A DNA stretch of 64,000 bases from an uncultured virus (IMG/VR IMGVR_UViG_3300042465_006498) (taxonomy: Duplodnaviria; Heunggongvirae; Uroviricota; Caudoviricetes), in the IMG/VR virus record IMGVR_UViG_3300042465_006498; one strand, given 5' to 3'. The translations under genes were made by a program, and so were the position numbers. The notes under the pieces were generated by a model. That model was not told where the DNA came from, made no database searches, and saw nothing but the letters and a program-made list of their open reading frames with translations. Below, in pieces: positions 47,898 to 57,320 of the stretch. Position 1 is the stretch's first letter; each line of letters begins with the position of its first letter.

Positions 47898-48204
47898 CAC
47901 TGCCCGAAACAAAATCAAACGATTGTTAGAAAAACGCGGTGGCATAGGCATACGTCTAGCAGTAAAAACCACAGGGTGTTCGGGTCTGGCTTATGTGCTA
48001 GAATATGTCGATGCACACACCGGTGACAACAGTACCATAAATTATGCTCAGCCTGATTTTTCTGTGCTGGTGGACAAAAAACACGAAGTATATCTGGACG
48101 GCATGACTGTGGATTATGTTCGCCAAGGTCTCAATGAAGGATTTGAATTTTCAAATCCCAACGAACGTGATCGGTGTGGCTGCGGAGAAAGCTTTAGAAT
48201 CTAA
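47881..48204 (+). CDS. iscA: A-type Fe-S carrier IscA
   Basis: TTGCSGLAY, NPN...CGCGESF. Confidence 0.95.
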   Translation: MILFTDTARNKIKRLLEKRGGIGIRLAVKTTGCSGLAYVLEYVDAHTGDNSTINYAQPDFSVLVDKKHEVYLDGMTVDYVRQGLNEGFEFSNPNERDRCGCGESFRI

Positions 48205-48207
48205 CGC

Positions 48208-49311
48208 ATGATTGCAATCTACAGCAACAACTATTCAACTGATCATTACATACAGCAGTTGAAGTTTCAGCAGCAGCACCAGGTGTATCAGTCAGCTGAT
48301 CAGTATGTTGCGGTCACAGCCGATGTCAAGATAGCGTTTGTAAATCATTTGAACAGTTACGAACCCCCAGAATCTGAACAGCAGCGTCTACAACAAGTGA
48401 TCGGCGGGCACAAATTTTCACAGGAAATTGACCAGGTCAAACAATGTAGTGATCTTGTGTTTGCATTTGACACTGAGCTGCATGCGTATCATCAAGAACT
48501 GTTTTGCCGCCATAATCATCCTGATGTGTACTGGGTCGTGCCTGGTCAAATAAATGATCCTGATGCAGCTGATCAACAAAATGTAATTGTGTGGAATGCT
48601 CATTTTGATCTATTGACCTGGCCCTACCAGACATTAACAGCACCCATACAAAAACTACAACACAACACAGTCAAACCTCTGTGTTTTGATGCATTGTTGG
48701 GCAGTCCCAAGCCACATAGAGATTTTGTGTACAATTCTGTGATGAGTCACAATTTGCAACACAGCAGCATACTCACATACATGACTGACCCAACTGTGAA
48801 TTTTCAAACTGGGTTAGCTTGGGAATCTGATATACAACAGTTTCCTGCAACGGCCACAAGGCCAACTGATTTGGTATTATATCATGAACACAACATTGCA
48901 CTTGCTAGAATTTTGCCAATTGAAATATACAACCAAACTGCCTACAGCGTGGTAGCTGAAACAGGATTCCACAATTGGTATAGTTTTTTTACAGAAAAAA
49001 CAGCCAAGCCCATGATGGCACAACGATTGTTTGTGATGTTCTCGGGACAAAATTTTTTACACAATCTTAGATCCTTGGGCTTCCGTACATTTGACAATGT
49101 GATTGACGAAAGTTACGATAGAATACACAATGATCAGGAAAGATGGTCAGCTGCATTTGAACAGGTACAGAGATTATGCAGCATGGATCAGACCTGGGTG
49201 TTTGATCAAATCACACACACTGTAGAACACAATTATCAATTGCTAATGACCACCAACTGGACACAACACATGTTGGCACAACTTCAACAAAAACTCAACC
49301 ATTCAATTTAA
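48208..49311 (+). CDS. Hypothetical protein, possible glycosyltransferase-like (VAET...FTEKT)
   Basis: PHRD, YSVVAET, FFTEKTAKP, LRSLGFRTF..VIDESYD; related to ORF 1359. Confidence 0.5.
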   Translation: MIAIYSNNYSTDHYIQQLKFQQQHQVYQSADQYVAVTADVKIAFVNHLNSYEPPESEQQRLQQVIGGHKFSQEIDQVKQCSDLVFAFDTELHAYHQELFCRHNHPDVYWVVPGQINDPDAADQQNVIVWNAHFDLLTWPYQTLTAPIQKLQHNTVKPLCFDALLGSPKPHRDFVYNSVMSHNLQHSSILTYMTDPTVNFQTGLAWESDIQQFPATATRPTDLVLYHEHNIALARILPIEIYNQTAYSVVAETGFHNWYSFFTEKTAKPMMAQRLFVMFSGQNFLHNLRSLGFRTFDNVIDESYDRIHNDQERWSAAFEQVQRLCSMDQTWVFDQITHTVEHNYQLLMTTNWTQHMLAQLQQKLNHSI

Positions 49312-49314
49312 CAC

Positions 49315-50025
49315 ATGATAACTCAACGATACAACTACACACCCATCAACAGAGAAACCATAGACGGCAAACGACACTACTGCCTGCCCGACGGCAGCAA
49401 GGTACCCAGTGTGACCACAATCCTGGACCGAACCAAGAGTGAAGAAAAGCGTCAGGTGCTGGCCAACTGGCGCCGGCGAGTGGGCGAGCAAAAAGCACAA
49501 GAAATTACCACAGAAGCAGCCAGTCGTGGCACACGCATGCACAGCTATCTTGAGCACTACATGCTGCATGATGACATGAAGCCCTTGCCTGGAAATCCTT
49601 TTGCACATCCTTCATGGTTCATGGCCGCAGAAGTCATTCTGCAAGGACTATGCCATGTGAATGAATTTTGGGGCGCAGAAGTTCCGGTTTATTATAGTGG
49701 GTTATATGCTGGCACCACAGACTGCCTGGGTGTGTGGAAAAACCGCCCGGCCATCATGGATTTCAAACAAACCAACAAGCCCAAAAAACGTGAATGGATT
49801 GATGATTATTTTGTGCAGTTGGCAGCGTATGCGGCAGCACACAACGAAACTCACGGTACAAGCATTGACTGCGGTGTTATTTTAATGGCTCAGCAGCCCG
49901 ATATGCTGCCTGACGGTAGCCTGGGCAAGCCTGTGTACACAGAATACGTAATCGAAGGCGATGAGTTTGCACACTGGAGCAACGAGTGGATGAAACGTGT
50001 GGAACAGTACTACCTCACACGCTAA
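49315..50025 (+). CDS. PD-(D/E)XK exonuclease (RecB/Cas4-like)
   Basis: PSVTTIL, RGTRMH, YAGTTD, IMDFKQ, QLAAY. Confidence 0.85.
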   Translation: MITQRYNYTPINRETIDGKRHYCLPDGSKVPSVTTILDRTKSEEKRQVLANWRRRVGEQKAQEITTEAASRGTRMHSYLEHYMLHDDMKPLPGNPFAHPSWFMAAEVILQGLCHVNEFWGAEVPVYYSGLYAGTTDCLGVWKNRPAIMDFKQTNKPKKREWIDDYFVQLAAYAAAHNETHGTSIDCGVILMAQQPDMLPDGSLGKPVYTEYVIEGDEFAHWSNEWMKRVEQYYLTR

Positions 50026-50054
50026 ATACTCAATAGATTTCAAGGATTCCAACT

Positions 50055-51857
50055 GTGGCAATTGTACAAATATCACGAATTACTCAACGCAAAGGTCTAG
50101 AGTCAGACCTACCACAACCATTAGCAGGCGCTGAACTGGGCTGGGCAGTTGACCAGCGAAGACTGTTCATTGGTAATGGCACACTGGAAGATGGTGCTCC
50201 TGTGATTGGCAACACTGAAGTACTGACTGAGTTTAGTGATATTCTCAGCTTTGCCACACAGTACACCTATCAAGGTGAAGCTGCAGGGTACACTGTACAA
50301 ACAGGATCAACACCTAGTGATCCTGTGGCTCAAAGTCTGCAATCGAGACTTGATAGTTATACTGTGATTACTGATTTTGGTGCCACAGGCGACGGCACAA
50401 CCGACGTCACGGCTGACATCAATCGAGCACTGTTTCAAATTTTTTGCCGCAGCACAAATCCTAGTGCTCGCCGCAGCATCTATTTTCCTGCTGGCATCTA
50501 CATCATTACTGACACCTTGAACATTCCGCCCAACTGCCAATTGTACGGAGATGGGCCTGACAGCACCATTATCAATTTTAATGTGCAAAACTGGAATTCC
50601 GCTGTGTCCTATGCAGCAGGAGTCTTGGTATACAATACCTCAACCACCTTGTACTACAGATCCAACTTTGCGGTTCCAGTTGGCACTGCTATTAGTTCAA
50701 CCAACCCCAGTGGAGATCCGTACTGGACTGCTGAAAGTCTGCCGGGATACATGTTCCAAACTGCAGACAGCCTGCAGCAGACCGGAGTCAATATTGGCAC
50801 CAACGGTGCTAGCTTGCCAGGCAACGTAAAAATTACCAGCATGAAGTTTGCGACCAATCAGATTCACGACGGCTTTTTGATCGAGTACGCAGATCGCTGT
50901 GTGTTTGACAGTGTGACTGTGCAAGGCCCACTAACCCAGGCAGAGCTGGCCGACGCCGGCGAAGACGTGGCTGCTGTTCGTTGGAGCAGCTCTGTGAGCG
51001 CAGTGAGCCGTAATGCGACCTGGAACAACTGCAAGTTTTCAGGATTTAGCTATGCCACAGACACTGATCAACAGATTCAAGGGGTAACTTTTAGCAACTG
51101 TAATTTTGATACTCTATATCAAGGCATTGTGTTGGGCGGAGCAACCCCAGTCAACGGTGGTGCTACTGGTGTTCGTATAGTGCAAAACACATTTGACAAC
51201 ATTCATTCACAAGGCATTGTCATCGATGGCGTCAGCCACAACGCCAGTGCCTACAACACATTCTATGACGTGGGCAACGGATTCAATGGATCAGCGTTTC
51301 CTGCCTCCAGTATCATTGTGATTGACGCAGAAAACAACGTCAGCATTGGTGACATGTTTGAACGCAACACTGCTCAGAGTGCAACTTATCCTCGAATCAA
51401 TCTAACTGACACTACCAGCATTGCTCTGGGCATGACTATTTCAGGTATTACATTTTACCAAGACAATGTACAAGAAAACACGCAGGCCAACCAACTGATG
51501 TTGGGACGATATCAACGCACTGCAGGCATTCGAGACGAAGTTAGAGACGACAGCACTCAGGCCAACTTGGTTGTTGTAGACACAGATATTCTTAAAATTC
51601 CTGCGTTCAAGATGGACTACACCATTGTGAGAAATGAATTTTATCGAACTGGAACCATGACAGTGGTCAGTGCCCGCGATGGCACAGCAGGCACAGGTTT
51701 TTCCTACTCAGACGACTATGTGGAAAACGGCTCCACAGGTGTAACACTAGAAGCCACCCATAATCTAAGTACCGTAACACCATTGGTAACTATCTCTTAC
51801 ACAGCCACTGGTGCCGGTGACGGCATCATTCGATACAGCATAGCACACATCAACTAA
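50055..51857 (+). CDS. Tail protein with pectin-lyase-like beta-helix
   Basis: N-terminal ELGWAVD.RRLFIG; DFGATGDG..D.T..INRA, IYFPAG.Y; GTG start with AAGGA RBS. Confidence 0.75.
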   Translation: MAIVQISRITQRKGLESDLPQPLAGAELGWAVDQRRLFIGNGTLEDGAPVIGNTEVLTEFSDILSFATQYTYQGEAAGYTVQTGSTPSDPVAQSLQSRLDSYTVITDFGATGDGTTDVTADINRALFQIFCRSTNPSARRSIYFPAGIYIITDTLNIPPNCQLYGDGPDSTIINFNVQNWNSAVSYAAGVLVYNTSTTLYYRSNFAVPVGTAISSTNPSGDPYWTAESLPGYMFQTADSLQQTGVNIGTNGASLPGNVKITSMKFATNQIHDGFLIEYADRCVFDSVTVQGPLTQAELADAGEDVAAVRWSSSVSAVSRNATWNNCKFSGFSYATDTDQQIQGVTFSNCNFDTLYQGIVLGGATPVNGGATGVRIVQNTFDNIHSQGIVIDGVSHNASAYNTFYDVGNGFNGSAFPASSIIVIDAENNVSIGDMFERNTAQSATYPRINLTDTTSIALGMTISGITFYQDNVQENTQANQLMLGRYQRTAGIRDEVRDDSTQANLVVVDTDILKIPAFKMDYTIVRNEFYRTGTMTVVSARDGTAGTGFSYSDDYVENGSTGVTLEATHNLSTVTPLVTISYTATGAGDGIIRYSIAHIN

Positions 51858-52282
51858 TGTGGTCACACACTTTTCCTGAGCGATTGCAAGCTTGGGCAGA
51901 CCTCAGGTCTCAGGCTGTTTCCTTGCCTTTGGAAACAGCACTCAAAGCTGTCAACACCTGGTGGTTCCAATCCCCCTGGCAGCCATATCATCTACATTGG
52001 GACGATCGCGAAACCTGGCCTGATCCTTGGCAACTATTGGACGACAACATGTATTGTGGTCTTGCTCGCGGGCTGGGAATCGTGTATACTATAGCTATGC
52101 TAGATCGAGCCGATCTGCAGGATTTTCAGTTGGTAGACACCGGCAGCGACAATTTAGTCCTGGTAGACAAAAAGAAATATATACTTAATTGGGACTCTGA
52201 ACAAGTGTTAAATATCAACCCAGGACCTTATAAAGTCTATCACACCATTTCGCTACAAGAAATAAAACAACAAATTAGGTAA
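51857..52282 (+). CDS. Hypothetical protein, weak transglutaminase-like Cys protease resemblance
   Basis: LKAVN...WPDPWQLL...YC; function uncertain. Confidence 0.55.
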   Translation: MWSHTFPERLQAWADLRSQAVSLPLETALKAVNTWWFQSPWQPYHLHWDDRETWPDPWQLLDDNMYCGLARGLGIVYTIAMLDRADLQDFQLVDTGSDNLVLVDKKKYILNWDSEQVLNINPGPYKVYHTISLQEIKQQIR

Positions 52283-52284
52283 TA

Positions 52285-54600
52285 ATGAAAACTATAATAG
52301 TACAAAAGCGCTCAGGGCAGCGCGAGCCACTGGCGTTGGAAAAGTGGCAAACTCAGATTGCTAAGATATGCACAGGTATTGCAGATGTAAGTCAAAGTAT
52401 GGTAGAGATCAAGGCACAATTGCACTTTTACGATGGCATTACTACCAAAGAAATTGATGGTATCACGCTTAGAGCAATCGTAGACTTGATCGACGTAGAA
52501 TCAAATCCAGATGTGGGCCATACCAACTATCAATATGTAGCGGGCAAGCAGCGTCTTAGCATGTTGAGAAAAGATGTGTATGGCAGCTACGAGCCTCCTC
52601 ACCTGTATGACATTGTGAAGACCAATGTGGCCACCGGCCTGTACACACCTGAACTACTGGACTGGTACACACCAGATGACTGGAACCGCATGAATGACAT
52701 GCTGGATCATGCCAAGGACGAACAATACAGCTATGCGGCCATTGAGCAGCTGATTGAAAAGTACCTGGTAAAAAATCGTTCCACAGGACAAACTTATGAA
52801 ACTCCACAAATTAGATACATGGTCGCGGCCGCTACTGTATTTCACTCAGAAGAACCGAACACAGCGAGAATGCGCTACATCAAGGAATACTACAATGCGG
52901 CTAGTGATGGCCTGTTTACTCTTGCTACTCCTGTTCTTGCTGGACTCGGCACTCCTACAAAGCAATTTTCAAGTTGTGTTCTTATACGCAGCGATGATGA
53001 CCTGGATAGTATATTTGCTTCAGGGGAAATGATGGCCAAGTATGCCAGCAAGCGAGCTGGCATTGGGCTGGAGATTGGAAGACTACGCCCACTGGGCTCA
53101 CCCATCCGTGGTGGCGAGATCATGCACACTGGCATGATTCCATTCTTGAAAAAATGGTTTGGAGATCTGCGTAGTTGTAGTCAAGGAGGTATCCGTAATG
53201 CAAGTGCTACAGTGTTTTATCCAATATGGCATCACCAGTTTGATGACCTTATTGTGCTTAAAAACAATCAAGGTACAGAAGAAACACGAGTGCGACACAT
53301 GGACTACGGTGTGGTCCTATCCGCCTTCTTCTGGAGACGATTCAAGAACAAAGAAAACATAACATTCTTTGATCCCAACCAGGTTCCGGATCTATATCAA
53401 GCATTTTATAGTAACACTGAACTGTTCGAAGAACTCTATGTCAAATACGAAAAACGCAAGGACCTTCGCAAGAAGACCATGAGCGCAGAAGAAGTATTCA
53501 AGGGCGGTATCTTGAAAGAACGCACAGACACTGGACGTATCTATCTGGTGTTTATTGACAATGTGATGAAGCAGGGACCGTTTGATCCCGAATACCATAC
53601 CATCTACCAGAGTAACCTTTGCTGTGAAATACTTTTACCTACTAAGTCCTTTAAACGTCTGGATGACGATACTGGTCGTATCGCACTTTGCACCCTGGGC
53701 TCAATCAATTGGGGTGCGTTCCGTAACCCAGAAGATATGCGCAGGGCTTGTCGTATACTGCATCGTAGCCTCAACAACATTCTTGACTATCAGGACTTTC
53801 TTTCCATCCAGTCTAAACTATCCAACGATGAAATTAGACCACTTGGAATCGGCATCACCAACCTGGCCTACTGGCACGCCAAACGCGGCCTCCGGTACGG
53901 TGAAAAGGATGCTCTAGCCGAAGTCAAAACCTGGATGGAACATCTGGCATTCTACTTGACCGAAGCGTCAGTTGAGCTGGCCCAAGAACGTGGCCGATGC
54001 GAAGGCAGTGATCACACACGTTATGGGCAAGGACAATTTCCTTGGGAACTACGTGCTCAGGGTGTTAACGAACTTGCAGACTTTGCTCCAGAACTTGACT
54101 GGGAAAAATTACGCACAGAAATGAAAACGCATGGTGTACGCAATGCCACACAAATGGCAGTGGCGCCTGTGGAATCCAGCTCAGTTGTGATCAACTCAAC
54201 CAACGGTATTGAAATGCCCATGAGCTTGATTAGTGTCAAAGAAAGCAAAGCTGGCAGCTTGACACAAGTGGTTCCAGAATATCACAAACTCAAGAACAAA
54301 TATCAGTTGATGTGGGAACAAAGAGACTGCGATGGCTACCTAAAGACTGCAGCAGTTATCGCTGCCTATGTGGACCAGAGCATCAGCACCAACACTTTTT
54401 ACAATCCTGCACACTTTGCAGACCGCAAGGTACCCACTACCTTGATTGCTCGGAACTTGATGCAGTCACACTACTGGGGTCTGAAAACTTTTTACTACAG
54501 CCTGATCAACAAGACCGGCAGCAAGAATGTCACGGAAGATGCTCCGTTAGAAGTGATTGATTTTGACGAGCAAGAAGATTGTGAGGCATGCAAGCTCTAG
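52285..54600 (+). CDS. nrdA: Ribonucleotide reductase class Ia, alpha subunit
   Basis: ATP cone, QFSSC, SQGGIR, SNLCCEI, AP, DQSIS, KTFYY, C-terminal CEAC. Confidence 0.97.
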   Translation: MKTIIVQKRSGQREPLALEKWQTQIAKICTGIADVSQSMVEIKAQLHFYDGITTKEIDGITLRAIVDLIDVESNPDVGHTNYQYVAGKQRLSMLRKDVYGSYEPPHLYDIVKTNVATGLYTPELLDWYTPDDWNRMNDMLDHAKDEQYSYAAIEQLIEKYLVKNRSTGQTYETPQIRYMVAAATVFHSEEPNTARMRYIKEYYNAASDGLFTLATPVLAGLGTPTKQFSSCVLIRSDDDLDSIFASGEMMAKYASKRAGIGLEIGRLRPLGSPIRGGEIMHTGMIPFLKKWFGDLRSCSQGGIRNASATVFYPIWHHQFDDLIVLKNNQGTEETRVRHMDYGVVLSAFFWRRFKNKENITFFDPNQVPDLYQAFYSNTELFEELYVKYEKRKDLRKKTMSAEEVFKGGILKERTDTGRIYLVFIDNVMKQGPFDPEYHTIYQSNLCCEILLPTKSFKRLDDDTGRIALCTLGSINWGAFRNPEDMRRACRILHRSLNNILDYQDFLSIQSKLSNDEIRPLGIGITNLAYWHAKRGLRYGEKDALAEVKTWMEHLAFYLTEASVELAQERGRCEGSDHTRYGQGQFPWELRAQGVNELADFAPELDWEKLRTEMKTHGVRNATQMAVAPVESSSVVINSTNGIEMPMSLISVKESKAGSLTQVVPEYHKLKNKYQLMWEQRDCDGYLKTAAVIAAYVDQSISTNTFYNPAHFADRKVPTTLIARNLMQSHYWGLKTFYYSLINKTGSKNVTEDAPLEVIDFDEQEDCEACKL

Positions 54601-54611
54601 CATGACATGGT

Positions 54612-55121
54612 ATGAAAATAAATGAACTGTTAGAAAGTGCAGATGACATAGAGTTGAAGGCAAAAACTCTTGCTGTTGATGCACACAAGAACCAAAAATA
54701 CGGTGTACACCCTTATGCCACCCATTTGGCGGATGTTGTTGCCCGTGTTAAAACAATTACACAAGACCCAGAAATAATTGCTGCTGCTTGGTTGCATGAT
54801 ATAGTGGAAGATACAGATGTCACATTGGAACAAATCAAACAACAATTTGGTGATAATGTTGCCAATATAGTTTGGGCAGTAACAGGCCGCGGAGAGAACC
54901 GAAAAGAAAAAATGGCAAATGCCATTGCTAAGATTGCTCAAACTCCAGGAAGTGAATTGGTAAAGAGTGCAGACCGATTGAGCAATGTTTCTGCCAGTTT
55001 ACCAAGTGGTTTAGCAAACAATCCAAAAAAACTTAAAATGTACCGAGATGAACACAAGGATTTGAGTCCAGTCTTGGGTAACAATGCATTGGCCCTAGAG
55101 CTAGTGGATTTATTCAAATAA
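54612..55121 (+). CDS. HD-domain hydrolase, SpoT/Mesh1 small alarmone hydrolase-like
   Basis: AH.NQ...PY..H, AAWLHDIVEDT, FG..VA.IV..VT, VKSADRLSN. Confidence 0.85.
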   Translation: MKINELLESADDIELKAKTLAVDAHKNQKYGVHPYATHLADVVARVKTITQDPEIIAAAWLHDIVEDTDVTLEQIKQQFGDNVANIVWAVTGRGENRKEKMANAIAKIAQTPGSELVKSADRLSNVSASLPSGLANNPKKLKMYRDEHKDLSPVLGNNALALELVDLFK

Positions 55122-55136
55122 GGAAAAGAAATCGTA

Positions 55137-55760
55137 ATGTTAGAAACCATTTGTGATGTGATGTTGGATGCGTATAAACGCAATTGGATTACCAGTCGTG
55201 ATGGCAATGTGAGTATTCGTCACCACGACCGTGACCATTTTTATATCACACCTAGTGGTGTGCGTAAGCAAACACTACAGCCGGACCAGTTCAAGAAGAT
55301 TCGTATTGTTGGCAGTATGTTGTGGGAAGAGCAGCCATACACTGATATCAGTGCCAATCTCGAACCGTCGGGCGAACTGCCCCTACACCTTGGACTACAA
55401 CGAAAAATGGGTCAGCACCGCGATGAAGTGCGAGTAGTAGTTCACTTACATCCCACCTACTGTATAGCGGCCATGCATGCTGGTATTGATTTGAGTACAG
55501 TGAGTGCGGCATTTCCAGAATTGAATCGCTACACTCGAGTGGCACCCAATGTGGGTGATGTGGCTCCCATTAGCCAAGAGCTTGCAGACCAGTGCCACAC
55601 TATGTTACAATTAGACAATGAAGGAAATATTGCCTACGACATTGTGGGCATCAAAGGACACGGTGTTGTGGCCATTGACACAACACCGTGGCGTGCTTAC
55701 GAGCACATAGAAAGACTAGAACACATTTGCAAGATAGTGCTTGCTTCAGGAAAATATTAA
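55137..55760 (+). CDS. Class II aldolase/adducin family protein
   Basis: GNVSIR, ITPSG, PSGELPLH, VVHLHP, GHG. Confidence 0.85.
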   Translation: MLETICDVMLDAYKRNWITSRDGNVSIRHHDRDHFYITPSGVRKQTLQPDQFKKIRIVGSMLWEEQPYTDISANLEPSGELPLHLGLQRKMGQHRDEVRVVVHLHPTYCIAAMHAGIDLSTVSAAFPELNRYTRVAPNVGDVAPISQELADQCHTMLQLDNEGNIAYDIVGIKGHGVVAIDTTPWRAYEHIERLEHICKIVLASGKY

Positions 55761-55761
55761 A

Positions 55762-56862
55762 ATGTCAAAACAACAATACAATTTAACAACAAAGACAGAC
55801 TACCTTAATCGCAAGATGTTTCTGGATCCAGCGGGTCCTGTCACAATCCAACGCTTTGAAGAAGTCAAATACAAAAAGATTGCAGACTACGAAGCCACAG
55901 CACGTGGATTCTTTTGGCAACCCGAAGAAGTCAGCTTGACCAAAGATTCAAATGACTTCAAGGATGCCAGCGAAACAGTGAAACATATCTTTACCAGTAA
56001 CCTGTTGCGCCAAACAGCGCTAGACAGCCTGCAAGGTCGTGGACCCAGTCAGATCTTTATGCCTGTAGTATCATTGCCAGAACTAGAAGCCTTGATCTAC
56101 AACTGGACATTCTTTGAAACCAACATTCACTCAAAGAGTTACAGCCACATCATTCGCAACATCTACAACGTGCCCAAGGATGTGTTCAACACCATTCACG
56201 ACACACAACAGATCATTGACATGGCATCAAGTGTGGGCCGGTACTATGATGACCTGCACAGAATCAACTGTGCCAAAGAACTGGGACAGTCTGTGGAAGA
56301 AACAGAACATGTGAGAGCAATCTACATGGCCTTGCATGCCAGCTATGCACTGGAAGCCTTCCGCTTTATGGTCAGCTTTGCCACAAGCCTGGCCATGGTG
56401 GAGAACAAGATCTTCATGGGCAATGGTAACATCATCAGCTTGATTCTTCAAGACGAGATTCTGCACAAAGAATGGACTGGTTACATTATCAATCAGGTGG
56501 TCAAAGAAGATCCACGCTTTGCTGCTGCCAAGGTCGAGTGCGAAGCCGAAGTGTATGCACTGTACCTGGATGTGATACGTGAAGAAAAGGGCTGGGCAGA
56601 CTACCTGTTCAACAAGGGACCTGTGATTGGACTCAATGCCAACATTCTCAAAGACTTTGTGGACTACACAGCCGTGGCTGCACTCAAGGAAATTGGTATC
56701 AAGTATCTGGAACCTGCACCCCGTAGCACACCTATTCCTTGGTTCAACAAGCACGTCAACACCAGCAACAAACAAACTGCACTGCAAGAGTCTGAAAGCA
56801 CTAACTATGTTATCGGAGTCATGAGTGATCAACTAGACTACGATGCACTACCGGAACTATAA
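55762..56862 (+). CDS. nrdB: Ribonucleotide reductase class Ia, beta subunit
   Basis: FFWQPEE, DSLQ, ETNIHSKSY, LEAFRF, DEILH, QESE..NY. Confidence 0.95.
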   Translation: MSKQQYNLTTKTDYLNRKMFLDPAGPVTIQRFEEVKYKKIADYEATARGFFWQPEEVSLTKDSNDFKDASETVKHIFTSNLLRQTALDSLQGRGPSQIFMPVVSLPELEALIYNWTFFETNIHSKSYSHIIRNIYNVPKDVFNTIHDTQQIIDMASSVGRYYDDLHRINCAKELGQSVEETEHVRAIYMALHASYALEAFRFMVSFATSLAMVENKIFMGNGNIISLILQDEILHKEWTGYIINQVVKEDPRFAAAKVECEAEVYALYLDVIREEKGWADYLFNKGPVIGLNANILKDFVDYTAVAALKEIGIKYLEPAPRSTPIPWFNKHVNTSNKQTALQESESTNYVIGVMSDQLDYDALPEL

Positions 56863-56864
56863 AA

Positions 56865-57311
56865 ATGAATGATGATATTAAACAATCTATTGCAGCAACT
56901 GCACCACGAGTAGATGATACTTGGTTTGATACCGGCGGTTTTCAAACCTACAAACACCCTACTGCCATCAGCTACGAAACTGCCACAGACAATGGTACGG
57001 TAGACACTCTTGAAGGTCCAGTCAAGTACACTGTTGGACACAAGATTATTACTGGTCCCAAGGGAGAAAAGTATCCTGTAAGTCCCATCAAGTTTGCTGC
57101 ATACTACGACGACAATGGTGATGGCACAGCAATACCCAAAAAGATCATGAAGATTGCTCGACTGGCTGACCATGATGGTGTTGTCCGAGCCAGCTGGGGA
57201 GATTTAAACTATACCAAGGGCAATGATTATATTGTCAAGCACGGCCCTGGTGATTACGGTGTTGTCAAATCAGACATCTTTGCCAAAACGTACAACACAT
57301 CACAACTATAA
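56865..57311 (+). CDS. PGDYG-like protein with internal duplication
   Basis: TLEG....G..II.GPKGEKYP....F...Y and ASWG....GNDYIV..GPGDYGVV..DIF.KTY. Confidence 0.6.
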   Translation: MNDDIKQSIAATAPRVDDTWFDTGGFQTYKHPTAISYETATDNGTVDTLEGPVKYTVGHKIITGPKGEKYPVSPIKFAAYYDDNGDGTAIPKKIMKIARLADHDGVVRASWGDLNYTKGNDYIVKHGPGDYGVVKSDIFAKTYNTSQL

Positions 57312-57320
57312 GGAAAACAC

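Noticed and set aside
49315..50025. Cas4 as part of a CRISPR-Cas system
   Set aside because: Stand-alone phage exonuclease; lacks the four-Cys Fe-S pattern and any cas neighbours.
52285..56862. Inteins or introns in nrdA, nrdB or terL
   Set aside because: Lengths are normal and motifs contiguous; no splice-junction or homing endonuclease signatures seen.
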